Shown: positions 48,164-60,926, numbered from the whole stretch's first letter. The stretch is DNA of 63,766 nucleotides, filler included, from Craspedostauros australis (GCA_030167865.1; 21 parts of 21 records of this genome joined end to end with filler, not necessarily neighbours in it); one strand, 5' to 3'. Notes: generated by a model from the letters alone, not told the origin. Translations and numbers: made by a program.

Positions 48164-48889
48164 NNNNNNNNNNNNNNNNNNNNNNNNNNNNNNNNNNNNN
48201 NNNNNNNTTAATTAATTAANNNNNNNNNNNNNNNNNNNNNNNNNNNNNNNNNNNNNNNNNNNNTCACGGAATTGAATCCTGTGACACCATTGACAAAACG
48301 AATTGCGTATCGAACTTGTCATGATATTGTGAACTGCGTCCAAGAAGGGTTCACAACCAAGCGCAAGATTCTGTAGATCATGGAATGCCGTTATGTAGAC
48401 GTTGACCTACAATTCATTGAGGAGCTCCGACGTATCTTGAGCCCTAAATGAAGTGATCTGATTGGCCGAGAAGCCCATTGTATGAAATCATGANNNNNNN
48501 NNNNNNNNNNNNNNNNNNNNNNNNNNNNNNNNNNNNNNNNNNNNNNNNNNNNNNNNNNNNNNNNNNNNNNNNNNNNNNNNNNNNNNNNNNNNNNNNNNNN
48601 NNNNNNNNNNNNNNNNNNNNNNNNNNNNNNNNNNNNNNNNNNNNNNNNNNTCACCCTGTGACAGTGTCAACGTTTTGCTGTGCCAAGACAAAATCATGAG
48701 CACATCGCGATGTGCACTTCAGGATCCACTGAGAAAGGGCGTTGATGGAAGACGCGAGTTGGAGAACACAACAAAATCAAACACAGCACCCCACGCATCG
48801 AATGCCATACACATTTGTTGCCATCTCCAACAACAACTCCACTCACCAGGCAACACCAGCACCATTCACCAAATGCAACCACAAGTATC

Positions 48890-49940
48890 AATGCAAGAAG
48901 CCGCCACTACATCTAATGTCGCCCATGAGAGCATGCACCTCCTTGGACGGCCTGTGACAATTGATCAGTGCAATCCTCCCCCTCCCTGGATGCACAGAAC
49001 CTTCCAAACATCATTTGGAACNAATGCAACGGTGGCAGCAAAGGTGTGGGAGGGCCTGGTCCACCACGACCTTATCCCAAGCAACGCACGCATGGAGCAC
49101 ATGCTCTTGGCCATGGCCTTCCTCAAACAATACTCCTCATGGGATGCACTAGCTGTGAGACTCAACCGTGATTGGAAAACATTGATGAAATGGACATGGA
49201 TCATGCTGGAAGGGATGGGCAGGTTGAGCAAAAAATTGTAAGTCAACCGTGGTATGCATGTGCCTTGATGACTGCTGCAATTTGCTCCACACCTCATCCT
49301 TACTCACCATCATCGTCAACTCTCCGATGTTTGCTTTCAATGCTGTTCCCTGCACTTGCAGATACTCCTAAACAATCGAAAAATAAATGCCAAGCCTCAT
49401 GCAAAGCAGCTCATGTCTGTTGATGGAACGGATTTCCGCATCGTTGAACCAAAACCATTCAACAAGCTCTGGTACTCTCACAAATTCAGACATGCTGGGC
49501 TTCGATACGAAACTGGTGTGTGTATTGAGACCGGACATCTTGTGTGGGTGCGGGGACCCTATGTTTGTGGTGAATACCCAGACATCACCATCTTCCGTGA
49601 ATGCCTCAGACAGCAACTGGATCCTGGTGAGCAGGTCGTCACAGACAAAGGCTACAGAGGCGAGGCAGCATGTTGTTTGGAGCGCACTCGTTTCAATGGA
49701 GTTGTCCGTGCCCGCCATGAGACCGTCCACAAGAGGTTCAAAAATTGGGGGTGTCTTGACAACAAGTGGCGCCATGCTCACGAGCGGCATCAGCTTGCAA
49801 TGTATTCGGTAGCTGCAATAACACAACTGGAGTTGCAGCACACAAACCCCTTGTTCGACATTCACCAGACAATGGCAAACATAATGGAGGTGAGAACCTG
49901 GGTTGCCTCGCTCGTGGAAGATCCAGAGCAGAACAGCTAA
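48890..49940 (+). mobile_element. PIF/Harbinger (ISL2EU-like) DDE transposase, two exons, intron about 49238-49361
   Basis: Exon 1: FQTSFG, AFLKQY, KTLMKWTW. Exon 2: SVDGTDF, YSHKF, GLRYE, PDITIF, DKGY, RARHETV. GTAAGT donor and TTGCAG acceptor. Possible TIR similarity between 48265-48285 and 49969-49990. Start codon uncertain. Confidence 0.82.
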
Positions 49941-50459
49941 TGCGTAGATAACACATTGGTTCATAGAGTACAGGTTTAATTCACAGCCCTTGGTGCTGTA
50001 GTGGTGTGTCTTGCCTTTTGGATAGCACNNNNNNNNNNNNNNNNNNNNNNNNNNNNNNNNNNNNNNNNNNNNTTAATTAATTAANNNNNNNNNNNNNNNN
50101 NNNNNNNNNNNNNNNNNNNNNNNNNNNNAGTTCATACTCGTAGACCTGTAGGTACCTCTCCTTCGGTCTCCTGTCACCTCACTGGTCCCACTTCATTTCA
50201 GTTCCTCCCTCCAGTCATCTCGATGGTTGCCTTTGGATGTTTGGAACTCATCGTCGTCTGGATCGTGGTCTTGGGTGAATAGGGATTGCCTCTGTTTCGC
50301 TTTCTCACATTAGGTTCTCAGGGACGCGTCGACTTGTTCAGATATATTGGTTGTCGCGCTCATTCGATTCANNNNNNNNNNNNNNNNNNNNNNNNNNNNN
50401 NNNNNNNNNNNNNNNNNNNNNNNNNNNNNNNNNNNNNNNNNNNNNNNNNNNNNNNNNNA

Positions 50460-51047
50460 TAAGACAGGTAAGGCCATTGGGCTGTCCGAGTGCAACTGGT
50501 CGATTGCTAGGTTGCGGTTTGTCTGGGAGATGCTATTGGGGGCTGCGGCAATCATGGGTATTTTTGCACTTAATACCATTCCGGTTCCAGTCAGTCCTCA
50601 TGGGAGCTGCGGTAGAATAGGGTATCTTTGCAAAGTCGTACCCCCGATTCCTGACAAAGATCGATGACCTACAGATTCGTGATCACCCCATCTGGAGAAT
50701 AAGACACGTGCCACCTGCGGACTAGAACAATTCAGAAAGAGCATCAAGCATGACACCAATCGTAAAACAGGTGTCAAGAGATCAAGGGCGAAACCTGTGA
50801 CAAGTCAAGTGCATGACTTCGGAATTGTACCGCATGAATGTAGATGATGAGATGCATGATGAGATGCATGATGAAAGGATCAATGAATACAAGCGAGAAT
50901 GCAAAAGTATAACTCGATGCTGCTGCAGAAGATGCTATATGGGAAATGAAAGTCGAAAGAGATGAAGAGATTGAGCTCACAGTTCTAAAACGGTACGATC
51001 TAATATCAGATTAGGTTCCTACTAACTACAACCCCGGATTTCCAACA
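50460..51047. repeat. Fragments of family B-type LTR in opposite orientations
   Basis: 50656 downward (minus) matches the LTR start at 55695; 50976-51035 (plus) resembles 56382-56435 and ends CCCCGGATTTCCAACA. Confidence 0.6.
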
Positions 51048-51657
51048 TCGAACCTCAGTCTGGATTGGGTGACAATGTATCTGCTCAGCGCAGATGGGAT
51101 GTTCGTGGAGTGATTAACGAGCCCGTCCATGAATGCGCTGCAACAGAGTGCGACGCTGTTCATGAAGTCCATGGACCACGACGAGCTATGAGGCAGGGTG
51201 TTGGACGACGGTGGATCGCGACGTTGTGCGTGTTGCTAGTGTGGATGGATGACCGCACCTACATGTGCATTTGTGCAAGCAAGGCTGGTTCATTTGACTC
51301 AATCGCAGTTGTTCTAAATGCACTCTGTTGAATAGAAGCTATTTCGTTGATTGGCTGGTTGATTATCGGTGTACTAAGTATGTGTACGGTATGTATGATC
51401 GGAATGATGGGCATGGAAGGCAAACTAACAGACATCGCCTTTTCCATCATGTGTATTGACGTCATGTCGTCATGCATAATAGTCATGTAATGTTTGTGGT
51501 GAAGCGTTGGATGTCATAAGGGGTGTGCCACCAACGCGTTCTCTTGTGTTGTGAATGGAGATGGAAGCTTCGTTGGATGCCGTTAGATGCTGCACGAGTA
51601 CGAATGGGCACCATGTGCCTGCCCTCCTCTTCTGCACTTGGAACAGACAGAACTGCC

Positions 51658-52102
51658 TCACTCTTTTGTCTTGAACATCTTGAGCTTGTCTTGAACTGAT
51701 GCCAAGTGACGCACGATTCCCGGTGTACACATATTGGTGCAGCCGAAGCGTCTCATGTCGGTGCACAAGATCGCAGGGTCGGTCAAGTAGTACTTGCCAT
51801 TGGCCTTGACACCTTGAAGATCCGCCACAATCAAGTACTCCTTGGAGAAGACGTACGAGAACTCCACGAAGCGAAGGAGCGACTCATCGATGTGATCGGG
51901 ATGCCAGGCTCCCGTGTTGCTGCAGTACTTGGTGAATGGCGTTCCGGTGGTTGGCAGCACATCTTCACCACAGTAGAAACGGTTTCCGGCTGCTTCATTT
52001 CTGTCGCTGACCTCCTCCACCACGCATGCCTGCAGAACCTTGATCATGGCACAGTGCGAAGGACGGAAGGCTGACTTGTTGTATTCGTTGGCAAGGAAGC
52101 AC
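51658..52102 (-). CDS. Alpha-kinase (eEF2K/MHCK family) catalytic domain, C-terminal part
   Basis: FTKYCSNTG, LIVADLQGV, YYLTDPAI and FGCTN match alpha-kinase subdomain motifs; 5'-truncated. Confidence 0.85.
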
Positions 52103-53679
52103 NNNNNNNNNNNNNNNNNNNNNNNNNNNNNNNNNNNNNNNNNNNNTTAATTAATTAANNNNNNNNNNNNNNNNNNNNNNNNNNNNNNNNNNNNNNNNNN
52201 NNCTACAGTCACTTCAATGCTTCATCAATGCTCTACTTCTGAGGTTCAAAATGATGGTGTCATATATATACCTCACTGATTATAACCGTTAAGTTATGTG
52301 CTGGGGGGCGCTTTGATTCTGCCTCGTTTATTCTCCATGTCTGCACGCAGTGGGAACGGATGTGTCAGTATTATGATCGTGTTGGGAGAGAGGGCTGTGT
52401 CCGTTGGGCAGNNNNNNNNNNNNNNNNNNNNNNNNNNNNNNNNNNNNNNNNNNNNNNNNNNTCTCCATGTCTGCACGCAGTGGGAACGGATGTGTCAGTA
52501 TTATGATCGTGTTGGGAGAGAGGGCTGTGTCCGTTGGGCAGGTCTTTTTGCTGGCGATGTTGTGGTGCCAGGGGAATCGTCTCAGGGTGCGATCTGCCTA
52601 TAGTTCCATTTCCAGTTCACAAGCACTGCCGTGGCTGGTGATGCATTGCCTCCAAGGCCTTGGTGCATGGCTTGGACCAATGGAATGAGCTGGGCGGTCT
52701 GCTCAGTGTGCGGATGATGCTCCCAAAGTGGGTGCAGGACTGCAGGGATGGTGGTTGGCGGGCATGTTCGCAGTATCTGAAAATATTGGAGCAGCACAGG
52801 CGTCGTGTCATCGGAAGTCTGGGACGCCTTGACCTTGGTCTGGTCCTGCCATTGCATCAGTGTCGTGTGCCACATGAGGTTGGTGACACTGTCCTGCCAA
52901 TTGTGAAGTAGTCGAGGGCGCGCCTGCGATTGTGAGGTACCATGGGAGGTGCTTGCGCACTCCACTGCATCGCCCATCCGCCCTAAATCATGGCCATCCA
53001 GCCTACTTTGCTTTGCTGCAGCTGTATGGATTTGGTGGGGGAGTCGCGAACGCCGGAGAGACAATGGTGTCAACATGGCTTGGATCCAACACCTGATGTC
53101 GAACAGTGTGGACAGGACTATCCACAAATGTCCAACACAACCATCAACCATGTTGTTGATCACAGCATCACTCTCCATCATCATCTCAGTCTGAGGATGC
53201 ATTGAACTGGAATGCCTGTCATGTATGTCCATGACATAGTTACTTCTACAGAAGGTCAAAACCTCAGAATCCTGGATGGAACCCATCACTCTCCGATCTT
53301 CGCGACAGTGGAAAGCTGGAATGCAACTGCTGGCCGATGGAGTGCCAATGAAGTACACAAACAAAGCATCACCGCACATACAAAAAACATATGTAAAATG
53401 TGCATGGGTGCTCCTCCAACCAAAGCAAGCTCATGTGTGGTACAAAGTAGCTATTCTGCATCCATTGTGATGAGTGCATGGTGTGAGAGCCTGTACAAAG
53501 CAGAGAACACAAGAATTATGATTTCGGTGTGAGGTGGAGTAAAAGCGTGAAGTCTCTGTCCACACAGATGGACAATTTCCAGACTGTGACACCCGCTACA
53601 ATTGATGGACTGGGACGACCAAACGATCCAAAAGTATGCAACTACTCTAATCAGTTGCAGCCGCCGCTCGCTTCATGTT

Positions 53680-55694
53680 GCTGGCCACACAGGGACATCA
53701 CTCCAGAGACGTGGTCCCAGTGCCTCATGAAGAGGGGCAGAGAGGTCTGTTTGGTACACATGTCGGCAGCGATCAAAGCAGACAAGTTTCTGCGAACGCA
53801 ATGTGGTTGTTTTCCACCCACTGTTGAACAGTAAAATGTTGAATGGCGCCGTGGCGTGTGCGACGCGAGGGCTGCCATGCGTTGGCCATCATGAGCGCAA
53901 TTCAGTTGTTCTCGTACAGCACCGTACCACACCGCTGAAGTACACCAAGCTTGTCAAGGATGCAACGAATGGATAATGCCATGCGACCAGCTGTTGGCAA
54001 GTTCCGCTCACGGTAACCTACGATCGTGGAAGATGGTGTTGGTTGATAGCCGTTCGTTTGCTATTTCATTAGTTGGCTACTCCGATGCTCTCGGTGTACG
54101 CCCGTTCTCTTGCCCGATGCTCTCGGCGCTTCAATCTGTTTCGTAGATTCAGTCTCCGACTATGAGTCGGTACGCGAGATGCTCTCTCGCTCCTCTTTGT
54201 ATTCTCTCTCTCTCAACATCGTGTGCTCGTGCTACAAGATACTCCGTGTTCGATGCGTACTCCGCATTCGACACTCTGTTCATTCAGTACTGGCTCCTAC
54301 TCCATGAGTACTTGCCATTTGAAGTTCACCTTCTGTATCCATGATGCTGATCCTCTTTGGTCATCGGATCTTCGCCTCCTGCTCTGACTTGGAGACAGAT
54401 GTTGACGTGGTGACATGATGACATCCTGTCGACGTCAGTAGGTGTCCTTCTGCTCTCCAGATGTCACATTCCATTGGAGATGCAGCAGTCTGTCAGATGA
54501 TATCATCATCTGAGGTTTAGTTGGGAAGTACCTCGAGATTCTCTTGGTACCATTGATGGATGGACGGACGATATTCTAATTCTCTCAGAAATCGTCAATT
54601 GCAAATTTCCTCCAGAAATCTTGCTCCTTTTCGTGTGTTCCATTTTCGCTGTAATTCTGACGAATCACAGCATACTATTGACACTAATGTAGTTGTACCG
54701 TCCAAGTGTGTATGAGAGAATAGCGGGTGAACGATGCACATATACACGTACATCTCGACATATACTCACATGTACATCTCGACAACCAGCATTGGAAGCA
54801 CAGAGAGGTTCAGTCTCTGTGCTGGACATGGCGACCGTGATCTGCACTCTCGGTTTCCATGCGACGGCAGCAGCAGCGAGATGGAAAACGATGGACGACA
54901 CCGACTGTTGTTGCTGAGTATCTATGGTCCAATCACTGTCAGCATACCTTTAGAGGACATTGGGTTGTTCTGCTGGATGGCCAAATACATCATCATGCAC
55001 TGGCGTTTGCTTGACTGGAACAGGCATGGGCAGTAGTGCAGGGACAGTGTCGGTGCAATGCAGCGCGATGCCTTGAGCGGGAGTGTGGAAGAGATATCGA
55101 GAAGCCTGCTTGGCGACAGCGAAATGATCTATGGCCAGCCTCGCCAAGAATTGCAAGAGTTTCACCATGGGAAAAGCGATGGCTGGCCTACAGGTGATCA
55201 TAGGACAGATGAGTTCGCCAATAGCCTCACAATAGCATTCAATGTCTGCCTGTGCCTGCTTGAGGCCGCATGCATCCAAGGCTTCAGAATCATCCAGCTT
55301 GCGTATGTGCGCATTGCCATCATCCATTGGAGTGAGCACACCATTCATCTTCTTCTGCTCATGCCATTTGAAAACCTTTTTGAGATGTGTGCTATTGTGG
55401 ATGGAGACATGTGTGGCAGCTTGGATCAGATCCGCACCAATGAAGTGTTGGAGAACGCTGAATCATTTCATAGGAATGAACAGGAACGAATCCAAGCTCA
55501 TCGCAGATCGTGGAGCAAGCCGCTACATCGCTGCATGCAATGGCAAAGTTATCAACCTGACATAGAAAGAGCATGTCGTGTTCTTTGTAAGCGCCACGGT
55601 ATAGGCATAGAGCATGCATGATGGGCCTGAAACCCATGCGCTGCAGCTGTGTATCAATGTGCACCGCCCACTGCCATAGTGCTCAGGAATGACC
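53680..55694 (-). pseudogene. Decayed Copia RT-RNase H (QVDD-type lineage), interrupted by a solo LTR
   Basis: LFLCQVDNFAIA, AIGELI..TCRP, AVAWK..VQITVAMSSTE, SNAG|RMAL, RRTRH, AADMCTK; stops and frameshifts. Confidence 0.82.
53992..54784 (-). repeat. Solo LTR (family A type, 793 bp) flanked by the 6-bp TSD ACCAGC
   Basis: Same termini as 40358-41146; ACCAGC at 53986-53991 and at 54785-54790. Confidence 0.93.
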
Positions 55695-56435
55695 TGTCAG
55701 GAATCGGGGGTACGCTTTTACCAAGATACCCATGATTGCCGCACCTCCCAATAATATCTTCACAACTCGACGAGGTCAACTTTGTTGGTAACACTCGGAC
55801 CACCTTGCAGCCTGTCCCCCATCAACTCTCTGTTCATGAATGACATCAACATCAGTCATGTCCCACCATGGAACCTATCCATGAACCACCGCTGTGATGA
55901 GGGCAAACCTATGGATCGACCTCTAGGGATGTAATCGCACATGAGCCAAGACTATGAACGAAGCTGTCGATATGTATCAGACATGTCGACGCGCATCGAC
56001 GGACAAGGGATCGCTTCTCTGAGAAAGAGAAACGGAGGCGATGCCTCTATCCGCTCCAAAGCACGATCGACGACGTGACATGCGTTCATCATAACCAGCG
56101 TGTATGCAATATCGGATCAGAAGGAATGCTGAGGAACCAAAGTCAAGTGGGATCGATCAGACTGAGACCCATGCTGAAGATACCTGCGCGTCTATGAGAG
56201 ATGATACTCGAATGTAGAAGATGCAAATCACCACGACGATGCGTGATGAACCTGCAGAGGAGAGCATGAGAGCAAGTTGATGAAGCAGATGAAAGCAACC
56301 ATGGACATGTGCATGATCATGGTGAACTGCTACAGATTACACTTGCTGCTGAATTGGAATTGAAGAGTCAAGGAGTTTGTTCTCACAGTTCTAAATTGGT
56401 ACAGATTGATAACAGATTAATCTACTACCTAACCC
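55695..56435 (+). repeat. Probable 5' LTR of the family B element (3' end lost in a gap)
   Basis: Begins TGTCAGGAATCGGGGG where the old RT relic breaks off; both ends match the fragments at 50460-51047; upstream of gag. Confidence 0.7.
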
Positions 56436-56542
56436 CNNNNNNNNNNNNNNNNNNNNNNNNNNNNNNNNNNNNNNNNNNNNNNNNNNNNNNNNNNNNNNNN
56501 NNNNNNNNNNNNNNNNNNNNNNNNNNNNNNNNNNNNNNNNNN

Positions 56543-59036
56543 CTCTTCAAGTCTGATCGCGTTGTCGTCTTCGACGGCAAGCGTTCCAGTTGGAAAGGCT
56601 GGAGTATCAAGTTCATCACCCGCGCCACGCGCAAAGGGCTTGGGGACTTTTACCTCATGGACTACGACGATGTAGTGGTGAAGCCAGCTCCGTTCAGCTC
56701 AGACCCCTTGGCTCCTGTTCCTAAAACGGAGGAAGGCGCGAGTGAACCGAAGAAAGTATCCTCCCTGACCCGTGCGGAAAGGGCAGAGTACAAGAAGATG
56801 CTGGCTAAGTATGCGTTCGAAGAACTGACCGTGGCTATCAACCACGAAACTACNNNNNNNNNNNNNNNNNNNNNNNNNNNNNNNNNNNNNNNNNNNNNNN
56901 NNNNNNNNNNNNNNNNNNNNNNNNNNNNNNNNNNNNNNCTTGAGCGCATCTACGAGCAACGAACCGCGCCTATGAAGGCAAAGTTGTTGGCTCAACTCAA
57001 CGGGATGCGATTGAAGAAAGGCGAGAACCCAGACACGTTCCTCACCGAAATGGAAGTGCTGCGCAATCGTCTCGGTAACGCTGGTATCAACATGGATATG
57101 CAGCAGTACCACATGCTCGTGCTCAACGCCCTTGGCAAAGAGTACGAAATGGATNNNNNNNNNNNNNNNNNNNNNNNNNNNNNNNNNNNNNNNNNNNNNN
57201 NNNNGCGTTCGAAGAACTGACCGTGGCTATCAACCACGAAACTACGGAAGGCGATGTCGCCTTCATGGCTGTGGTGGGGACTAAGGGCGGTCTCACTGAG
57301 AGTGGAGACCCGCGCAAGGCGTGGAAGGCCCTTGAGCGCATCTACGAGCAACGAACCGCGCCTATGAAGGCAAAGTTGTTGGCTCAACTCAACGGGATGC
57401 GATTGAAGAAAGGCGAGAACCCAGACACGTTCCTCACCGAAATGGAAGTGCTGCGCAATCGTCTCGGTAACNCTGGTATCAACATGGATATGCAGCAGTA
57501 CCACATGCTCGTNCTCAACGCCCTTGGCAANGAGTACGAAATGGATGTGAAGATCATAGAACTCAGATTCCTCGGAAAGGAAGAGACCATGACCATCGAA
57601 GACATCCGCGAGACCATGAGTGCCACCTACAACGGCCGCAACATCAAAGGAGGCAACTCCAACCGTGGCGGCAACAACAGCAAGGAGGAGATGGCACTCG
57701 CAGCCATTGGGAGCTTCAAGGGCAACTGTCGCAACTGTGGCGCCTACGGCCANNNNNNNNNNNNNNNNNNNNNNNNNNNNNNNNNNNNNNNNNGCAAGAA
57801 CAAGTCGAAGGGCCAAGGCAACGGCGGAGGCAAACCCAAATTCAACGGGGAATGCAACTACTGTGGCAAGAAGGGGCACAAGATTGTGCAGTGCTTCAAG
57901 CTCAGGGCCGCTATGAAGGAGGCAGACTCTGCCAACGTCGCTACCGACGGGATGGACGGAGCTGACGACGTCGCACTCACCGCATCAGATGAAATGATGT
58001 GTGTGTTCATCAACGAAGACGCGACCGAAGACGAAAGTGTGATCAGCGAAAAACTCAACAAAATCACCGAATTCGCGAACCAAGACAGAAATGTGACCAC
58101 ACAGGACCGTGTGATTTCACACGATGATGACGTGATGATGGACGACATGGCGTTCATCACGATCGACGTCGACGGAACCGCCAGCTTCGAGAGCGGAACA
58201 TCCAACGCGGAGAGAGCGTGGACTTCCNAGGATATGGCCAAGCACTCTCCACGAGAGTACGGATACTACGGGCCCCCTATCAACGATGGGGAGATGATCA
58301 AAGACGAGCTCTTTTCATCTGACGTAGAAACAGAGGACCCCGACGAAGTGGTCACAGAGTACCACGAGGGAACGACAGATGAGGAGGACGCAGACGTAAT
58401 GGAGATGGCGATGACAGGAGTCGACAACGATAATATCGACCGCGCCATCAACGAACCGGTCTATAGTCTCCCATCCCGCCCAAGCGCACTCGACGACTTG
58501 ATCGAGCAATCATCGCGTCGCGACATGAACAACGGATGGTGTCCGTTGTGCCTCAAGCGCGGGCCTCTCTACGCATGGTGCGTAGACTGCCCAAACATCC
58601 CTTTCTTCATCCAACTCGCCAACGAGCCAAGAGGTGCTGTGCCTAGAAACGAAGGCGAAAGGATGGTCCGCAGAGAGGTGCTAGAAGAGACGAGTGGAAT
58701 GTTGTTCGAGACCGCCCGATGCTCGTTGAGCAACGTCCTTTCACCAAACGACGTCCGGTCCGAACTCTCCCTCATCTGCTTCGACGCAGTGCATGACATC
58801 GCAACCCTCAGACTGACGGGGGTGGAGCCACGCTCCCTGTACTACTTAATGCACCAAATCGGAGTGCGAGGCGCACTCGACATCTGTGTCAACGCATACC
58901 GGATGAACGGAATGCTGGAAAGCGTTCGCCTCCAACCAATCCAACAAGCGCTAATCGGAGCTATGAGCAGCACCGCATCGGAGCAGCTGATGTGGATGCA
59001 CCATCCGAGCATCAACGGCGTCCGTGATTATCGTAC
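56543..59036 (+). mobile_element. Copia family B-related gag, zinc knuckles, acidic linker, C4 motif and extra domain
   Basis: FDGKRSSWKGWSIKF, AWKALERIYE, ENPDTFL, CRNCGAYG, CNYCGKKGHKIVQC; C-part homologous to 31680-32156. Confidence 0.9.
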
Positions 59037-59262
59037 NNNNNNNNNNNNNNNNNNNNNNNNNNNNNNNNNNNNNNNNNNNNTTAATTAATTAANNNNNNNN
59101 NNNNNNNNNNNNNNNNNNNNNNNNNNNNNNNNNNNNAGATGCATTCGAGGACACGTTGGACATGTTTGGGTTGATGGTTGGGAAGAGGGATGAGCCTGCG
59201 GGTGAGGGCAGTGGCAGAATTAGTGCCGTCATCGACGTGCTGATGTTGGATTCCCGAGTCGA

Positions 59263-60084
59263 TCAATGTCTGAATGGACGGGACAGTGACCATGAGGACT
59301 CCGGAGTTTGCTTTGATTGGCTGTTGTTCGTCGCCTTGTCCGCACAGGAAGGTGATGTCTGCCTTGNNNNNNNNNNNNNNNNNNNNNNNNNNNNNNNNNN
59401 NNNNNNNNNNNNNNNNCGAACAGCGCTGCGACGATCTTGGTCGATGCTGATGTTGGTTGCTGTGTGGATTTTAGGATTGCTGTGCTTGGTTGGTGTTGTG
59501 ATGGTGTTTGTGTGGCTTTGCTTGCGCACCTGCATCTCTGTTTGCAGCTGTGTCTGCGGTTGCAAGTTGCGACGACTGAGATGACCGAGACGCTTCATGA
59601 TTGATGTCATCATCTTGACCTGCTTGTTCGCGATGATTAATTCGACGGGTGTTTTGTTGTCGTTGTTTTGGATGTCGATATTGACCTTGGTTGATTCGAT
59701 GAGGTACTCGACGCATTCAGACTTGCCGAAGAAGCATGCTCGATGAAGTGGAGTGTTGCCATCGTTGTTCTTGCAGTTGACATCGGCGTTGGTTGATTCA
59801 ATGAGGTACTTCACACATTCCAGGTGGCCGTTGCCGCATGCTTTATGAAGTGGAGTGTCGCCATAGTTGGTTTTGCAGTTGACATCGGCGTTGCATGTTT
59901 CGATGAGGTACTTCACACATTCCAGGCTGCCTCCAACGCATGCATCGTGAAGTGGAGTGTCGCCACAGCCGTATTTGACCGTGTTGACATCACGTCCTTC
60001 GTTCTGCTTCTTCCATTTCTTCAACACCGACAGACCACCTATAACAGCAGCAAAAAGGAGTTGTTTGTCTGAGACATTCGGCAT
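59263..60084 (-). CDS. Ankyrin-repeat protein (three full 34-aa repeats plus a partial one); true 3' end uncertain
   Basis: GDTPLHDAC, GDTPLHKAC, GNTPLHRAC and NKTPVEL; likely ATG at 60084 (MPNVSD); the upstream part of the track ORF is low-complexity. Confidence 0.85.
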   Translation of the reverse strand: MPNVSDKQLLFAAVIGGLSVLKKWKKQNEGRDVNTVKYGCGDTPLHDACVGGSLECVKYLIETCNADVNCKTNYGDTPLHKACGNGHLECVKYLIESTNADVNCKNNDGNTPLHRACFFGKSECVEYLIESTKVNIDIQNNDNKTPVELIIANKQVKMMTSIMKRLGHLSRRNLQPQTQLQTEMQVRKQSHTNTITTPTKHSNPKIHTATNISIDQDRRSAVXXXXXXXXXXXXXXXXXXRQTSPSCADKATNNSQSKQTPESSWSLSRPFRH

Positions 60085-60926
60085 GTTGGTCGTTGGTTGT
60101 TGAGCTGTTGGTAGACAAACAATTGTTGGATGATTGCTCAATGTGTTCACGGTCTTATGATGAAGATGCTGACTGATGGTATGAGACCAAACTGTTGCAA
60201 GGAATAGCAAGGTTGTCGTTGTCTTGTTCGCACGTTCTGTTTCTCTGTTCCATGATCGCACTCTGGTTTGTCGTGGAAGAACTGGTTGCTGCGGATCCTT
60301 CTCGACATCCACCACAAAACACACACACACAAACAACACAAACAACACAAACAACACAAACAACACGAAGAAGGAATGTGTGCGATCGAACTCGGTTGTC
60401 TGGAGGATACGGAAAAGCACAGACCAGCGCGTCAAGTCTTGGAGCGTATCTAAATTGTTAATTCTGACTTTCCAAAAAGGTCTGAAAATAGGGTTATTTT
60501 TTGAGAGGAATACGCGAATTGTATTTTCCCAAAGGTGCACTTGTGTCTGCGTATCATCAGTGCTGTACGCGTCACTCTGTGTGGTTTGTCTGTTGTGACA
60601 ACAACTGTGTGTTCGTTGACACAGATTGGCGTGTGTGGTTCTTTTGATGACTTCAGCTGTTGTGGTGCTTGATCCACACAAGGTGCCTCTGTTCTGGTAC
60701 ACAGCCGGCAAGTGTCATTGCACAAGGAGCGTTGGTAAATCGTTTGTTGGGTCGAAGTTGTCTCGCACCAAACTGCATCACACCACTCGCGTCACCAGGA
60801 CAGCATGCACAGTCGTGTCGCATCGNNNNNNNNNNNNNNNNNNNNNNNNNNNNNNNNNNNNNNNNNNNNTTAATTAATTAANNNNNNNNNNNNNNNNNNN
60901 NNNNNNNNNNNNNNNNNNNNNNNNNG

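Noticed and set aside
60085..60711. N-terminal extension of the ankyrin ORF
   Set aside because: Low-complexity sequence with an (ACAAACAAC)n repeat; more likely UTR or promoter than coding.
2617..60881. Regularly recurring TTAATTAATTAA as a biological repeat or piggyBac target
   Set aside because: Always centred in N runs between unrelated scaffolds; a synthetic six-frame stop linker.
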